Part shown: positions 39,201 through 46,340 of the stretch, in pieces
Position numbering within the stretch: the first letter of the stretch is position 1
Layout of the letters: every line of letters begins with the position of its first letter
Assembly: GCA_964504475.1 (NCBI GenBank)
Contig: CAZDEL010000005.1
Coordinates: 9,791-73,790, forward strand
From: an uncultured Faecalibacterium sp.
GTDB lineage: Bacteria > Bacillota > Clostridia > Oscillospirales > Acutalibacteraceae
Length of the DNA: 64,000 bases
Direction of reading: 5' to 3'
Notes under the pieces: model-generated
Database searches by the model: none
Told to the model about the DNA's origin: nothing
Seen by the model: the letters and a program-made list of their open reading frames with translations, nothing else
Program-made: the position numbers and the translations under genes

Positions 39201-39998
39201 CACGGTACCGGAGTGTGGCTGGGCAACGCACAGGATCTTATTAAAGATGGCACTTGCACCATTTCCAGCGTTATCGGTACTCGAGACAACATTATGGTTT
39301 ATCTCATGCATAAGGGTGTTGAGCCGTCAATAGCCTTTAAGATAATGGAGATTGTCCGTAAGGGTAACGCAACAAAATTGCTCACCGACGAGCACAAGCA
39401 GATAATGAAGGAAAACGGTGTTGAGCAGTGGTATATTGACTCTTGTATGAAGATTCAATACATGTTCCCGAAGGCTCACGCTGCCGCCTATGTTAGTGCG
39501 GCACTTCGACTTGGCTGGTACAAAATATACTATCCCTTGGAGTATTACGCTGCCTTTATGACAGTACGAGGTGATGACCTTGACGCTGTAACTGTTTTAA
39601 AGGGCAGAAACGCTGTAAGAGAGCTTATGGCTGAGATTAAGCGCAAGGGCAAGGAAGCACAGCCTAAGGAAATCAATATGTATCCAACGCTTCAGGTTGT
39701 CAATGAAATGATGGCACGAGGAGTAGAATTTTTGCCCGTTGATATTTATAAATCTGAGGCGACAGTTTATAAAATAGAGGACGGCAAAATCCGTATGCCC
39801 TTTGGCGCACTCAGTGGTGTCGGTGAAAATGCGGCAATTTCCCTGGCTAAAGCACGAGAGGGTGTAGATGAATTTGTGTCAATTGACGACTTCGCTCAAA
39901 AAGCAGGTGCAGGTGCATCTCTTATTGAGCTGTTAAAGCAGGTAGGCGCCTTTGGCTCACTGCCGGCAACAAGGCAAATAAGCCTTTTTGAGATGTGA
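36264..39998 (+). CDS. polC: PolC-type DNA polymerase III alpha subunit lacking the 3'-5' exonuclease insertion
   Basis: PolC order: N-domain, OB fold, PHP (RVELHLHTKMS, ITDHGVVQAYPEA), GSRGSVGSS, zinc finger CPECRY..CPKCG, GQHPGG and PKAHAAAY. Only 1244 aa. The PHP halves are joined by a linker of about 15 aa where the DnaQ-like domain normally sits. Confidence 0.9.
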   Translation: MSSNFESLFGVFENEKLHEAFSECKIENVRISMEKKSVEIDALFPHMVTYRYIDEAQRVLCQNLLVGSVKIESKMPPESFSEEYFSSLIKQTNELLAATNGFFEGSTCHFDGKNLSIELTHGGKDVLDSIGAKELMQRIILQRFSREVNVDFCGKTEIALEDEQVTNMIKTSEEENLRSKGIDPATVNQPKPKEHKIVEGIPLYLETAKPIYGTKITKNPKPLNEIAPDEGSCVVWGDVFGFDSRETRDGRSLIITFNITDGTYSYTCKVFERKEDCEIIMKRIKNGVTVMLRGDLRFDKFSGENVISPRAISLVEKIPKMDNAEEKRVELHLHTKMSMMDGVTDAAVLVKRAIEWGHKAIAITDHGVVQAYPEAVKAAGGKIKIIYGMEGYFVDDTEQSFDDWKKSKNKYYHQIILARNSTGLKNLYKLITLSNLEYFHRRPIVPKSELIKHREGLIIGSACEAGELYRAIVAGESNEKIMEIASFYDYLEIQPCGNNEYMIRSEKFPNVQSVADIQSFNRKVIHIADALGKPVVATCDVHFIDPGDAKFRAILMAGQGFTDADNQAPLYFRTTEEMLSEFSYLGEETAKEIVITNTNKIADMIETIIPIPHGNFPPSLEGADEELTRLCWDKAKALYGDPVPTYVAERLEKELTSIIKHGFGVLYMIAQKLVQNSEEHGYHVGSRGSVGSSYVANASGISEVNPLAPHYRCPECRYNEFFLNGEVGSGYDLPPKNCPKCGTPMARDGHDIPFETFLGFKGDKSPDIDLNFSGEYQSRAHKYTETLFGDGHVFKAGTIASVADKTAYGYVKKYLAERGCVVSKAEEDRLTIGCTGVKRTTGQHPGGMVVVPDIFEASDFTPVQHPADDSKSDTRTTHFDFHALHDTILKLDNLGHDVPSLYKHLEDLTGIPVMDTDICDPKVYQLLESPEPLGVTAEDIDCPLGTLSIPEMGTPFVIQMLLDAKPKNFSDLLQVSGLSHGTGVWLGNAQDLIKDGTCTISSVIGTRDNIMVYLMHKGVEPSIAFKIMEIVRKGNATKLLTDEHKQIMKENGVEQWYIDSCMKIQYMFPKAHAAAYVSAALRLGWYKIYYPLEYYAAFMTVRGDDLDAVTVLKGRNAVRELMAEIKRKGKEAQPKEINMYPTLQVVNEMMARGVEFLPVDIYKSEATVYKIEDGKIRMPFGALSGVGENAAISLAKAREGVDEFVSIDDFAQKAGAGASLIELLKQVGAFGSLPATRQISLFEM

Positions 39999-40055
39999 TA
40001 AGCTGCATTTTTGCAGAAGATATAATAAAATACTTCAAAGAAAGAAGAGATAACT

Positions 40056-40775
40056 ATGTCAAAAATTTTTGCACACAGAGGTTTTAGCGGCAAGTATCCG
40101 GAAAACACAATGTTAGCTTTTAAAAAAGCGGTGGAGATAGGTGTTGACGGAATCGAGCTTGATGTTCACCTGACAAAGGATAACGAGATTGTTATTATCC
40201 ATGACGAGGACATTAAGCGTACCTGTAACGGCGAAGGTCTTGTTAAGGATATGACTCTTGAGGAGCTTAAGAAGTTTGATGCCAGTGCGACCTTTAAGGG
40301 CGTTTACGGCAAAAACGAAATTCCTACCTTAAGAGAGTATTTTGAAATGATAAAATGCACAGATGTTATAACAAACATCGAGCTTAAAACAGGCGTTTTC
40401 GAGTACCCAACAATCGAAAAAAGAGTTATTGACCTTATAAGAGAGTTTGGACTTGAAAAGAAGATTATCTTCTCATCCTTCAATCATTTCAGCGTTAAAC
40501 GCTGCGAAGAGCTTGCCCCTGAAATTAAAAGAGGCTTTCTTACAGGTGATTGGCTCGTTGATTTTGGCAAGTACACTGCCGAAAGAAATGTTCAATGTTG
40601 CCACCCATGGCACATCACTTTGAGTCAGGAAGTTGTGGACGAAATTCATGCTGCCGGTCGTGAGATAAACACATGGACAGTTAACGAATATGAAGACATT
40701 GAGCGTCTTAGCGCAATGGGCGTTGACTCACTTATAGGAAACTTCCCCGACAGAATGATTGAAAAGCTCAGATAA
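40056..40775 (+). CDS. Glycerophosphodiester phosphodiesterase (second copy in the window)
   Basis: IFAHRGFSGKYPENTMLAFKKAVEIGVDGIELDVHLTKDNEIVIIHD. Followed by two hairpins (CCCGC..GCGGG; AATCGGTGG..CCGCCGATT plus a T-rich tract). Confidence 0.85.
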   Translation: MSKIFAHRGFSGKYPENTMLAFKKAVEIGVDGIELDVHLTKDNEIVIIHDEDIKRTCNGEGLVKDMTLEELKKFDASATFKGVYGKNEIPTLREYFEMIKCTDVITNIELKTGVFEYPTIEKRVIDLIREFGLEKKIIFSSFNHFSVKRCEELAPEIKRGFLTGDWLVDFGKYTAERNVQCCHPWHITLSQEVVDEIHAAGREINTWTVNEYEDIERLSAMGVDSLIGNFPDRMIEKLR

Positions 40776-40897
40776 AAAATATTTCCCGCCTGTACGCGGG
40801 CAAATCGGTGGTGGAAAGAAATATTCTGCCGCCGATTTTAAATTTGTGAAACCTTTTAGTTAGCTCAGACGTTATATATATGTAAGGAAGTGATAAG

Positions 40898-41196
40898 ATG
40901 CAGGATAAAGACCTTATAAGGGCAGCATAGTGGCAAACGGCACTATAAAGGAACTGACAGACAGCATTGATGGCAAGGTTTGGCAGTTAAGCTGCAATAA
41001 AGAGAGTCTTAGTACCATAACACAAAATTATGTTGTGGGAGATGTAGTGTCAGAAGGCGACAATGAGGTTAGACTTAGATTAATATCCCACACGAAGCCA
41101 TGTGATGATGCACAGATAGTCAAGGCAGACCTTAATGATGTTTATTTAAGCTTTTTTGGGGAGGCGATACAAAATGATGGCTATAATAAAATATGA
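40898..41196 (+). pseudogene. Remnant of an ABC-transporter ATP-binding gene (C-terminal ~93 codons only)
   Basis: AAGGAAG RBS plus ATG 40898 opens a 10-codon ORF (MQDKDLIRAA*). In another frame, RPYKGSIVANGTIKELTDSIDGKVWQL... continues to 41196 and resembles only the C-terminal accessory domain of ABC ATPases. No Walker A, signature or Walker B. The end overlaps the downstream permease start, as in intact ABC operons. Confidence 0.5.
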
Positions 41197-42445
41197 ACTG
41201 AAAAAGATATTTCAAAATAAGCTTTTTATAGGAGCGCTGATTTTATGTGCTTTAGCTATGTTTGTTATGTCCGCAATCACTGTGGTACAATATAAGTCAG
41301 GCACAAGAGGAAGCAGTTACCCTGTTGAATATATGAAATCTCAAAAGATGCCGGAGGTATTTGTGTCAAATAATAATATTGACCATTTAAGACGGCAACT
41401 TCATGAGTTTGAAAGCCGAGACGAAATATATTATTTAACTAAAGATGAAGAACTCGCAGACTACAAGGACGGTGGCTCAGTTTATTATGGTAGAAATGAT
41501 GTGGACATTGAGTATTATTTTTCACAATATGAGGTCGGAGAGATAACTGAAAGTGAGCTTTTAAAGGCAACTGATTTTAGTGGTGTTACAGCAATAAAAA
41601 AGGAGTATTTGCCCGAATACTTTAAATATTATCAGCCGGTGAATGAATATGATAATAAGGTTGCTGCTGTTCGCCGTAATGAAATTTATGACGAAGAATC
41701 TGCCAAAAGTCGGTATTATAAACAGTACAGTGAGTTTTTAAAAGAGAAAGAAAAGGAAAAACTGGAAAAGGGGTTTACTGTTGGATATGATTATGGTTGG
41801 GAGAATTTCTACTCAATTTTAGCTAATGATATTGGTATTTTACTTGTGATTGTGCTGATTTTCGGTTTGCAAAGCGTTTTTACCTCTGAATATGTTTTGT
41901 CAACAGATGCCTTTCTTCTCTCGTCGAAAAACGGCAAAGGTACTCTCGCATTATGTAAAATAACAGCTTCACTTATTTACACGACGATTTGTTTCTTGTC
42001 TTATACTCTTTTAGCCTTGCTTATTAGCTTTATTTTCCTTGGCTCAGACGGTGCAAATGTGGGTGGCGAAGAAAGCAATTTAGATAAACTCCTTACTGTC
42101 ATTCCTTTTATTTTACTTGGCTCATATTTAATTTGCTTTATTAGCCTTGCTGTGTCATCCTTTTGCAAAAAGCAGATTACATCCATTGTGTTTTCCTGCT
42201 TCGTTTGTCTTCTGCCGCTTTTCGTTGAGTGGATATATATTGACAATATATATGTTTCACAGCTTTTTGATGTTATGCCGGTGAGCATGGTTTTTGGCGC
42301 TTTTATCTCGAACACAAGATATTTTTATTGGAATTCGAGCTTTATAGATTTACGCTATATTTTCCCCTTTGTGGCTATAATCGTAATTGCTATTTGCATT
42401 CCCATAATATTCAAAAAATACTGTAATCATCAAGTGAGCAATTAA
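41174..42445 (+). CDS. ABC-2-type permease-like membrane protein (orphaned)
   Basis: MMAIIKYELKKIFQNKLFIG N-terminus typical of ABC-2 permeases. One TM helix, a large extracytoplasmic loop, then about 5 C-terminal TM helices. ATG 41174 is preferred over the track start 41156. Confidence 0.5.
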   Translation: MMAIIKYELKKIFQNKLFIGALILCALAMFVMSAITVVQYKSGTRGSSYPVEYMKSQKMPEVFVSNNNIDHLRRQLHEFESRDEIYYLTKDEELADYKDGGSVYYGRNDVDIEYYFSQYEVGEITESELLKATDFSGVTAIKKEYLPEYFKYYQPVNEYDNKVAAVRRNEIYDEESAKSRYYKQYSEFLKEKEKEKLEKGFTVGYDYGWENFYSILANDIGILLVIVLIFGLQSVFTSEYVLSTDAFLLSSKNGKGTLALCKITASLIYTTICFLSYTLLALLISFIFLGSDGANVGGEESNLDKLLTVIPFILLGSYLICFISLAVSSFCKKQITSIVFSCFVCLLPLFVEWIYIDNIYVSQLFDVMPVSMVFGAFISNTRYFYWNSSFIDLRYIFPFVAIIVIAICIPIIFKKYCNHQVSN

Positions 42446-42804
42446 TTTTGCGGCTGTTTTGCGAAGATTTGCTTTATTCCCATTAAAATAAGCAGAGCAC
42501 CAAAAAGCTTGCCGAGAATTTCATTTGGTATAAACCTGAGTAAAATATATCCAATGACAGCTCCAAAAACAGCAGGTAGCATAACGGGAAAAATCCCTTT
42601 AAAATCAATAATTTTCTCTTTACGGTACATAATCACACTGACAAGGGCAATAGGTATAAAGAAAAGAAGATTTATTCCCTGAGCCTTCATTTGTCCTAAG
42701 GATAAAAATGATGTGAGATATATTATTAGTACACTGCCGCCACCAAAGCCCATTGCACCTAATATCCCCGAGAGAAATGATGAAATAATAACAGCTATAT
42801 CCAT
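42442..42804 (-). CDS. Half-size (4-TM) TSUP/TauE-SafE family membrane protein, C-terminal-half homologue
   Basis: 120 aa with GAMGFGGGSVLIIYL-type motifs. GAGG RBS 7 nt upstream. Starts 3 nt after the stop of the preceding half-size gene. Confidence 0.6.
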   Translation of the reverse strand: MDIAVIISSFLSGILGAMGFGGGSVLIIYLTSFLSLGQMKAQGINLLFFIPIALVSVIMYRKEKIIDFKGIFPVMLPAVFGAVIGYILLRFIPNEILGKLFGALLILMGIKQIFAKQPQN

Positions 42805-42807
42805 AGT

Positions 42808-43197
42808 TTACCTCATTATCATTTTAATGCCTGTGTAAATTAAAAACAGAGCAAATATTTTTTTCAAGGCTTTGTCAGGGAGCTTCTTTAAAAAATGAGT
42901 GCCGAGAAAGGCTCCTATAAGACCAAAGGGTAAATAGGGCAGGGCATCACTTATATTATAGTACCCTTTAAATAAGTACACCAATGAGCTAATGACGCAC
43001 AGGGGTAATATGACAGCAATGGCTGATGCCTGGGCTTTTTTCTGGGTGTACCCCATGCTTTTAAAGGCACTCACGGCAACAAGACCGCCGCCTGCGCCAA
43101 ACAAAGCATTGATTAAGCCCACTGCGATGCCATACATATAAGCTTTAAATTTGTGCATATAAGCCTCCTTTGAGTCGAAAAAGGTCAGAAAAACCAA
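42808..43197 (-). CDS. Half-size (4-TM) TSUP/TauE-SafE family membrane protein, N-terminal-half homologue
   Basis: 129 aa with a LINALFGAGGGLVAV motif. AAGGAGG RBS. Confidence 0.6.
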   Translation of the reverse strand: MVFLTFFDSKEAYMHKFKAYMYGIAVGLINALFGAGGGLVAVSAFKSMGYTQKKAQASAIAVILPLCVISSLVYLFKGYYNISDALPYLPFGLIGAFLGTHFLKKLPDKALKKIFALFLIYTGIKMIMR

Positions 43198-43294
43198 TAA
43201 ATATGTATAATTTCTTACAATTTCTTCAATTTACCTATTGCAAGTGGAAAAATTTAATGTTATAATTTACCCATAAACATAAGGAGGAATTATT

Positions 43295-43792
43295 ATGGTT
43301 TGTAAGTTTTGCGGAAATACAATTGAGGACTCATCAGAGTTTTGCTTTATCTGCGGCAACAAGGTTGTGAAAGAGGAAGCTCCTGAGGTTTTCACACAGG
43401 CTAAGCCCGTTGAGGTTCCCGTTGTTGCTCCAACAGCAGATGATGTTGCTTCTCAGCCTATCTATGCACAGCAGGCTCCTGTTTACGCACAACAGGCTCC
43501 GGTTTATGCACAGCAGGCATATGTTCAGCAAAATCCTGAAACAGTAGCACCGGCAGCTCCTGCTAAAAAGTCAAAGAAAGACAAGAGCGTTTGCTCAAAG
43601 GCAAAGAAGTTCTTTGCAGCTGTTTTTGCTTTGACCTTTATTCTTCAATTCATTCCCTGGATTTGGTATAAGAATGCCAAGAAAGCAGGCTATGAGGAGA
43701 AGGCTGTTTCAATTCTTAACTCACTCATGGTTGGCCTTTGCATATTTATGGCTATCATTTGTGTTGTGCTCATTAAAGTCGGCATGTTTTAA
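43295..43792 (+). CDS. Zinc-ribbon membrane protein with a PVYAQQA repeat linker
   Basis: N-terminal CKFCGNTIEDSSEFCFICGNKV zinc ribbon, a Pro/Gln/Ala-rich repeat, and two C-terminal TM helices. AAGGAGG RBS. Confidence 0.55.
   Translation: MVCKFCGNTIEDSSEFCFICGNKVVKEEAPEVFTQAKPVEVPVVAPTADDVASQPIYAQQAPVYAQQAPVYAQQAYVQQNPETVAPAAPAKKSKKDKSVCSKAKKFFAAVFALTFILQFIPWIWYKNAKKAGYEEKAVSILNSLMVGLCIFMAIICVVLIKVGMF
43457..43519 (+). repeat. Three tandem 21-nt coding repeats (P-I/V-Y-A-Q-Q-A)
   Basis: cctatctatgcacagcaggct / cctgtttacgcacaacaggct / ccggtttatgcacagcaggca, followed by a partial unit (tatgttcagcaa). Confidence 0.8.
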
Positions 43793-43810
43793 TTAAGAAG
43801 TGATTTATTG

Positions 43811-43847
43811 AGACCGTTCGGATTTTTTTCGGACGGTTTCTTTTTTT
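43811..43847 (+). terminator. Rho-independent terminator
   Basis: ACCGTTCG-9 nt-CGGACGGT (8 bp including one G.U, extendable by 2 bp), followed by TCTTTTTTT. Confidence 0.6.
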
Positions 43848-43921
43848 AGTCTGTTTAGAATAAAGTCGCCTGTGTGAGCATAGGAATTGAGTGTAGAATT
43901 TTTGAAAAGAGGACGCACGAT

Positions 43922-45400
43922 ATGACAAACACCGATATTTATTCTTCCATAGCTACTCGCACCGGCGGCGATATTTATGTGGGCGTTGTCGGGCCTGTGA
44001 GAACAGGAAAATCCACCTTTATAAAAAGATTTATGAAGGAGCTGGTCTTGCCTAATATTGATGACGAGGCAAAGCGTGAGAGGGCAAATGATGAGCTTCC
44101 CCAGTCATCCTCCGGCAGAACTATTATGACCACTGAGCCAAAATTTATTCCTGAAAACGCTGTGGAGCTGTCACAGGGCGATAATATGCACTTTAGTCTA
44201 AGGCTTATTGACTGCGTTGGCTATATTGTACCGGGAAGCCTGGGATACATAGAAAACGAAAAGCCACGCATGGTAAAGACTCCTTGGTTTGATAAAGAGA
44301 TTCCCTTTAATATGGCGGCTGAAATTGGCACAAAAAAGGTTATTGATGAGCACTCGACTATTGGCCTTGTTATAACAACAGACGGCACAATTGGCGATAT
44401 TGAAAGGGAAAACTATGAGCAGGCAGAAGAAAGAGTTATAAAAGAGCTAAAGTCAATTAACAAGCCCTTTATTGTGCTGTTAAACTCTAAAAGTCCTTCT
44501 TCAAATCAATGCAAGGCTCTTGCAAAGGAGCTAAGTGAAAAATATGAGGTAAAGGTCGTGCCTGTAAATTGCCTTGAAATGACCAAAGAGGAAATAGGCG
44601 AAATATTAACTGATTTACTATATGAGTTCCCAATAAAGGAGCTAAAGCTTAACTTCCCTAAATGGATATGCAAGCTGGAAAAGGAGCACCCACTTAGAAG
44701 TGAGCTATACTCTAAAATTGCTGAATCGGCAAAGGAATTGAAAAAGGTTAGAGATACGGATAAGTTTATCTCTTTAATTGCTTGTCATGAAAATGTAGCC
44801 TCATGTAAAATCGAGGAGGCAGACTTGTCTGTTGGCAGTGTAAGAGTTTGTCTCGATGTTTCTCAGGAGCTCTTTTATAAAGTGCTCAGTGAAAAAACAG
44901 GGCTGAAAATAGATGACGAGCAGCAGCTTATGCACGAGCTAATTGAGCTTAGCAAGGTCAAAAAGGACTTTCAACGCTTCAAGGTTGCCTTAGACGAGGT
45001 TGAGGCTACAGGCTACGGAATCGTAATGCCCACAATGGAGGAGCTGACCTTAGATGATCCGGAAATAATGAAGCAGGGCGGTCGCTACGGTGTAAGATTA
45101 AAGGCATCAGCGCCGTCAATCCATATGCTAAGAGCCAATATTAACACTGAGGTCGCACCAATAGTCGGCACAGAGAGCCAGTCTGAGGAGCTGATAATGT
45201 ATCTGCTCAAAGAGTTTGAGGAAGACCCGTCAAAAATATGGCAGTCAAATATTTTTGGCAAAACCTTAGACAGCCTCGTTAACGAGGGACTTCATAATAA
45301 GCTTTATAAGATGCCAAACGATGCGAGAATGAAGCTACAGGAAACCTTGGAAAGAGTCATTAATGAGGGCTGTAGCGGACTTATTTGTATAATAATATAA
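43922..45400 (+). CDS. spoIVA: Stage IV sporulation protein A (spore-coat morphogenetic ATPase)
   Basis: MTNTDIYSSIATRTGGDIYVGVVGPVRTGKSTFIKRFM (Walker A). About 492 aa with the conserved C-terminus NEGCSGLICIII. ATG 43922 with an AAGAGGA RBS is preferred over the track GTG 43874. Confidence 0.85.
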   Translation: MTNTDIYSSIATRTGGDIYVGVVGPVRTGKSTFIKRFMKELVLPNIDDEAKRERANDELPQSSSGRTIMTTEPKFIPENAVELSQGDNMHFSLRLIDCVGYIVPGSLGYIENEKPRMVKTPWFDKEIPFNMAAEIGTKKVIDEHSTIGLVITTDGTIGDIERENYEQAEERVIKELKSINKPFIVLLNSKSPSSNQCKALAKELSEKYEVKVVPVNCLEMTKEEIGEILTDLLYEFPIKELKLNFPKWICKLEKEHPLRSELYSKIAESAKELKKVRDTDKFISLIACHENVASCKIEEADLSVGSVRVCLDVSQELFYKVLSEKTGLKIDDEQQLMHELIELSKVKKDFQRFKVALDEVEATGYGIVMPTMEELTLDDPEIMKQGGRYGVRLKASAPSIHMLRANINTEVAPIVGTESQSEELIMYLLKEFEEDPSKIWQSNIFGKTLDSLVNEGLHNKLYKMPNDARMKLQETLERVINEGCSGLICIII

Positions 45401-45453
45401 AAAAATGGCCGAGATTTTCCGTCTCGGTCATTCGTTTTTATAATGAAAATTAA

Positions 45454-46329
45454 TTAATCCTGCTTTTCTTCACAGCCGCACTCAACAGCGCAGCATAAAT
45501 AGCTTTGCTCAAAGCTTTTTTTCAGCTCCTTCAGACAGCTTTTAGCTTCCTTTTCGCTTTCAAAAATGCCGAACACACTGGGGCCGCTGCCGCTCATGCA
45601 GGCGCATTTTGCACCGTGGCGACGCATTATGCTCTTTATGACAACTCTGTCGTCCACTTCAATAAACTGCTCAAAAACATTGTCCGCCTTGCTGTAAAGG
45701 GTTTTAAGGTCACCGTCAATAACTGCCCTTAGCATGGCTGTTTTGTCCAGGTGTCGAACGCGCTCAGCGCAGTCAAATGCCGAATAAGCCGCCGCCGTGG
45801 AAACATCCTGCTCAGGCTTTACGATGATAATATATGGCAAATCCAAATCGGGCAAATGAGATAAAACTGTGCCCGTATATTGAGCTAACATAGTGCCGCC
45901 AAGAGCACAAAAGGGCACATCTGCACCGATTTTTTTGCCGATTTCTATTATGCTCTTTTCTTTAAGGTGTGTTTCAAAAACCTTGTCAAGAGCCACGATA
46001 ACCGCTGCACCGTCTGCGCTGCCACCGGCAAGCCCTGCTGCGTGGGGGATATTTTTATCAATGTGAATGTGTATACCCGCGTTCTCAATATTATTATAGT
46101 CAAAGAAGGCCTTAGCAGCCTTATATGCTATGTTACTCTCGTCAGTGGGAATATCCTTTGAGCTACAGGTGATTTCAATAGCTTTATTTTGGACCTTCTC
46201 AACTGTTACCTCATCATAAAGAGACACTGACTGCATTATCATAAATAAATCATGATAGCCGTTGTCAAGTCGTGAGAGAATGTCAAGCATAAGATTGATT
46301 TTAGCGTAGGCTTTAATTGTTTTTTTCAT
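45454..46329 (-). CDS. ispE: 4-diphosphocytidyl-2-C-methyl-D-erythritol kinase
   Basis: AYAKINLMLDI N-terminus and GHMP-kinase motif IPHAAGLAGGSADGAA. Confidence 0.85.
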   Translation of the reverse strand: MKKTIKAYAKINLMLDILSRLDNGYHDLFMIMQSVSLYDEVTVEKVQNKAIEITCSSKDIPTDESNIAYKAAKAFFDYNNIENAGIHIHIDKNIPHAAGLAGGSADGAAVIVALDKVFETHLKEKSIIEIGKKIGADVPFCALGGTMLAQYTGTVLSHLPDLDLPYIIIVKPEQDVSTAAAYSAFDCAERVRHLDKTAMLRAVIDGDLKTLYSKADNVFEQFIEVDDRVVIKSIMRRHGAKCACMSGSGPSVFGIFESEKEAKSCLKELKKSFEQSYLCCAVECGCEEKQD

Positions 46330-46340
46330 GTTTCCTCCTG

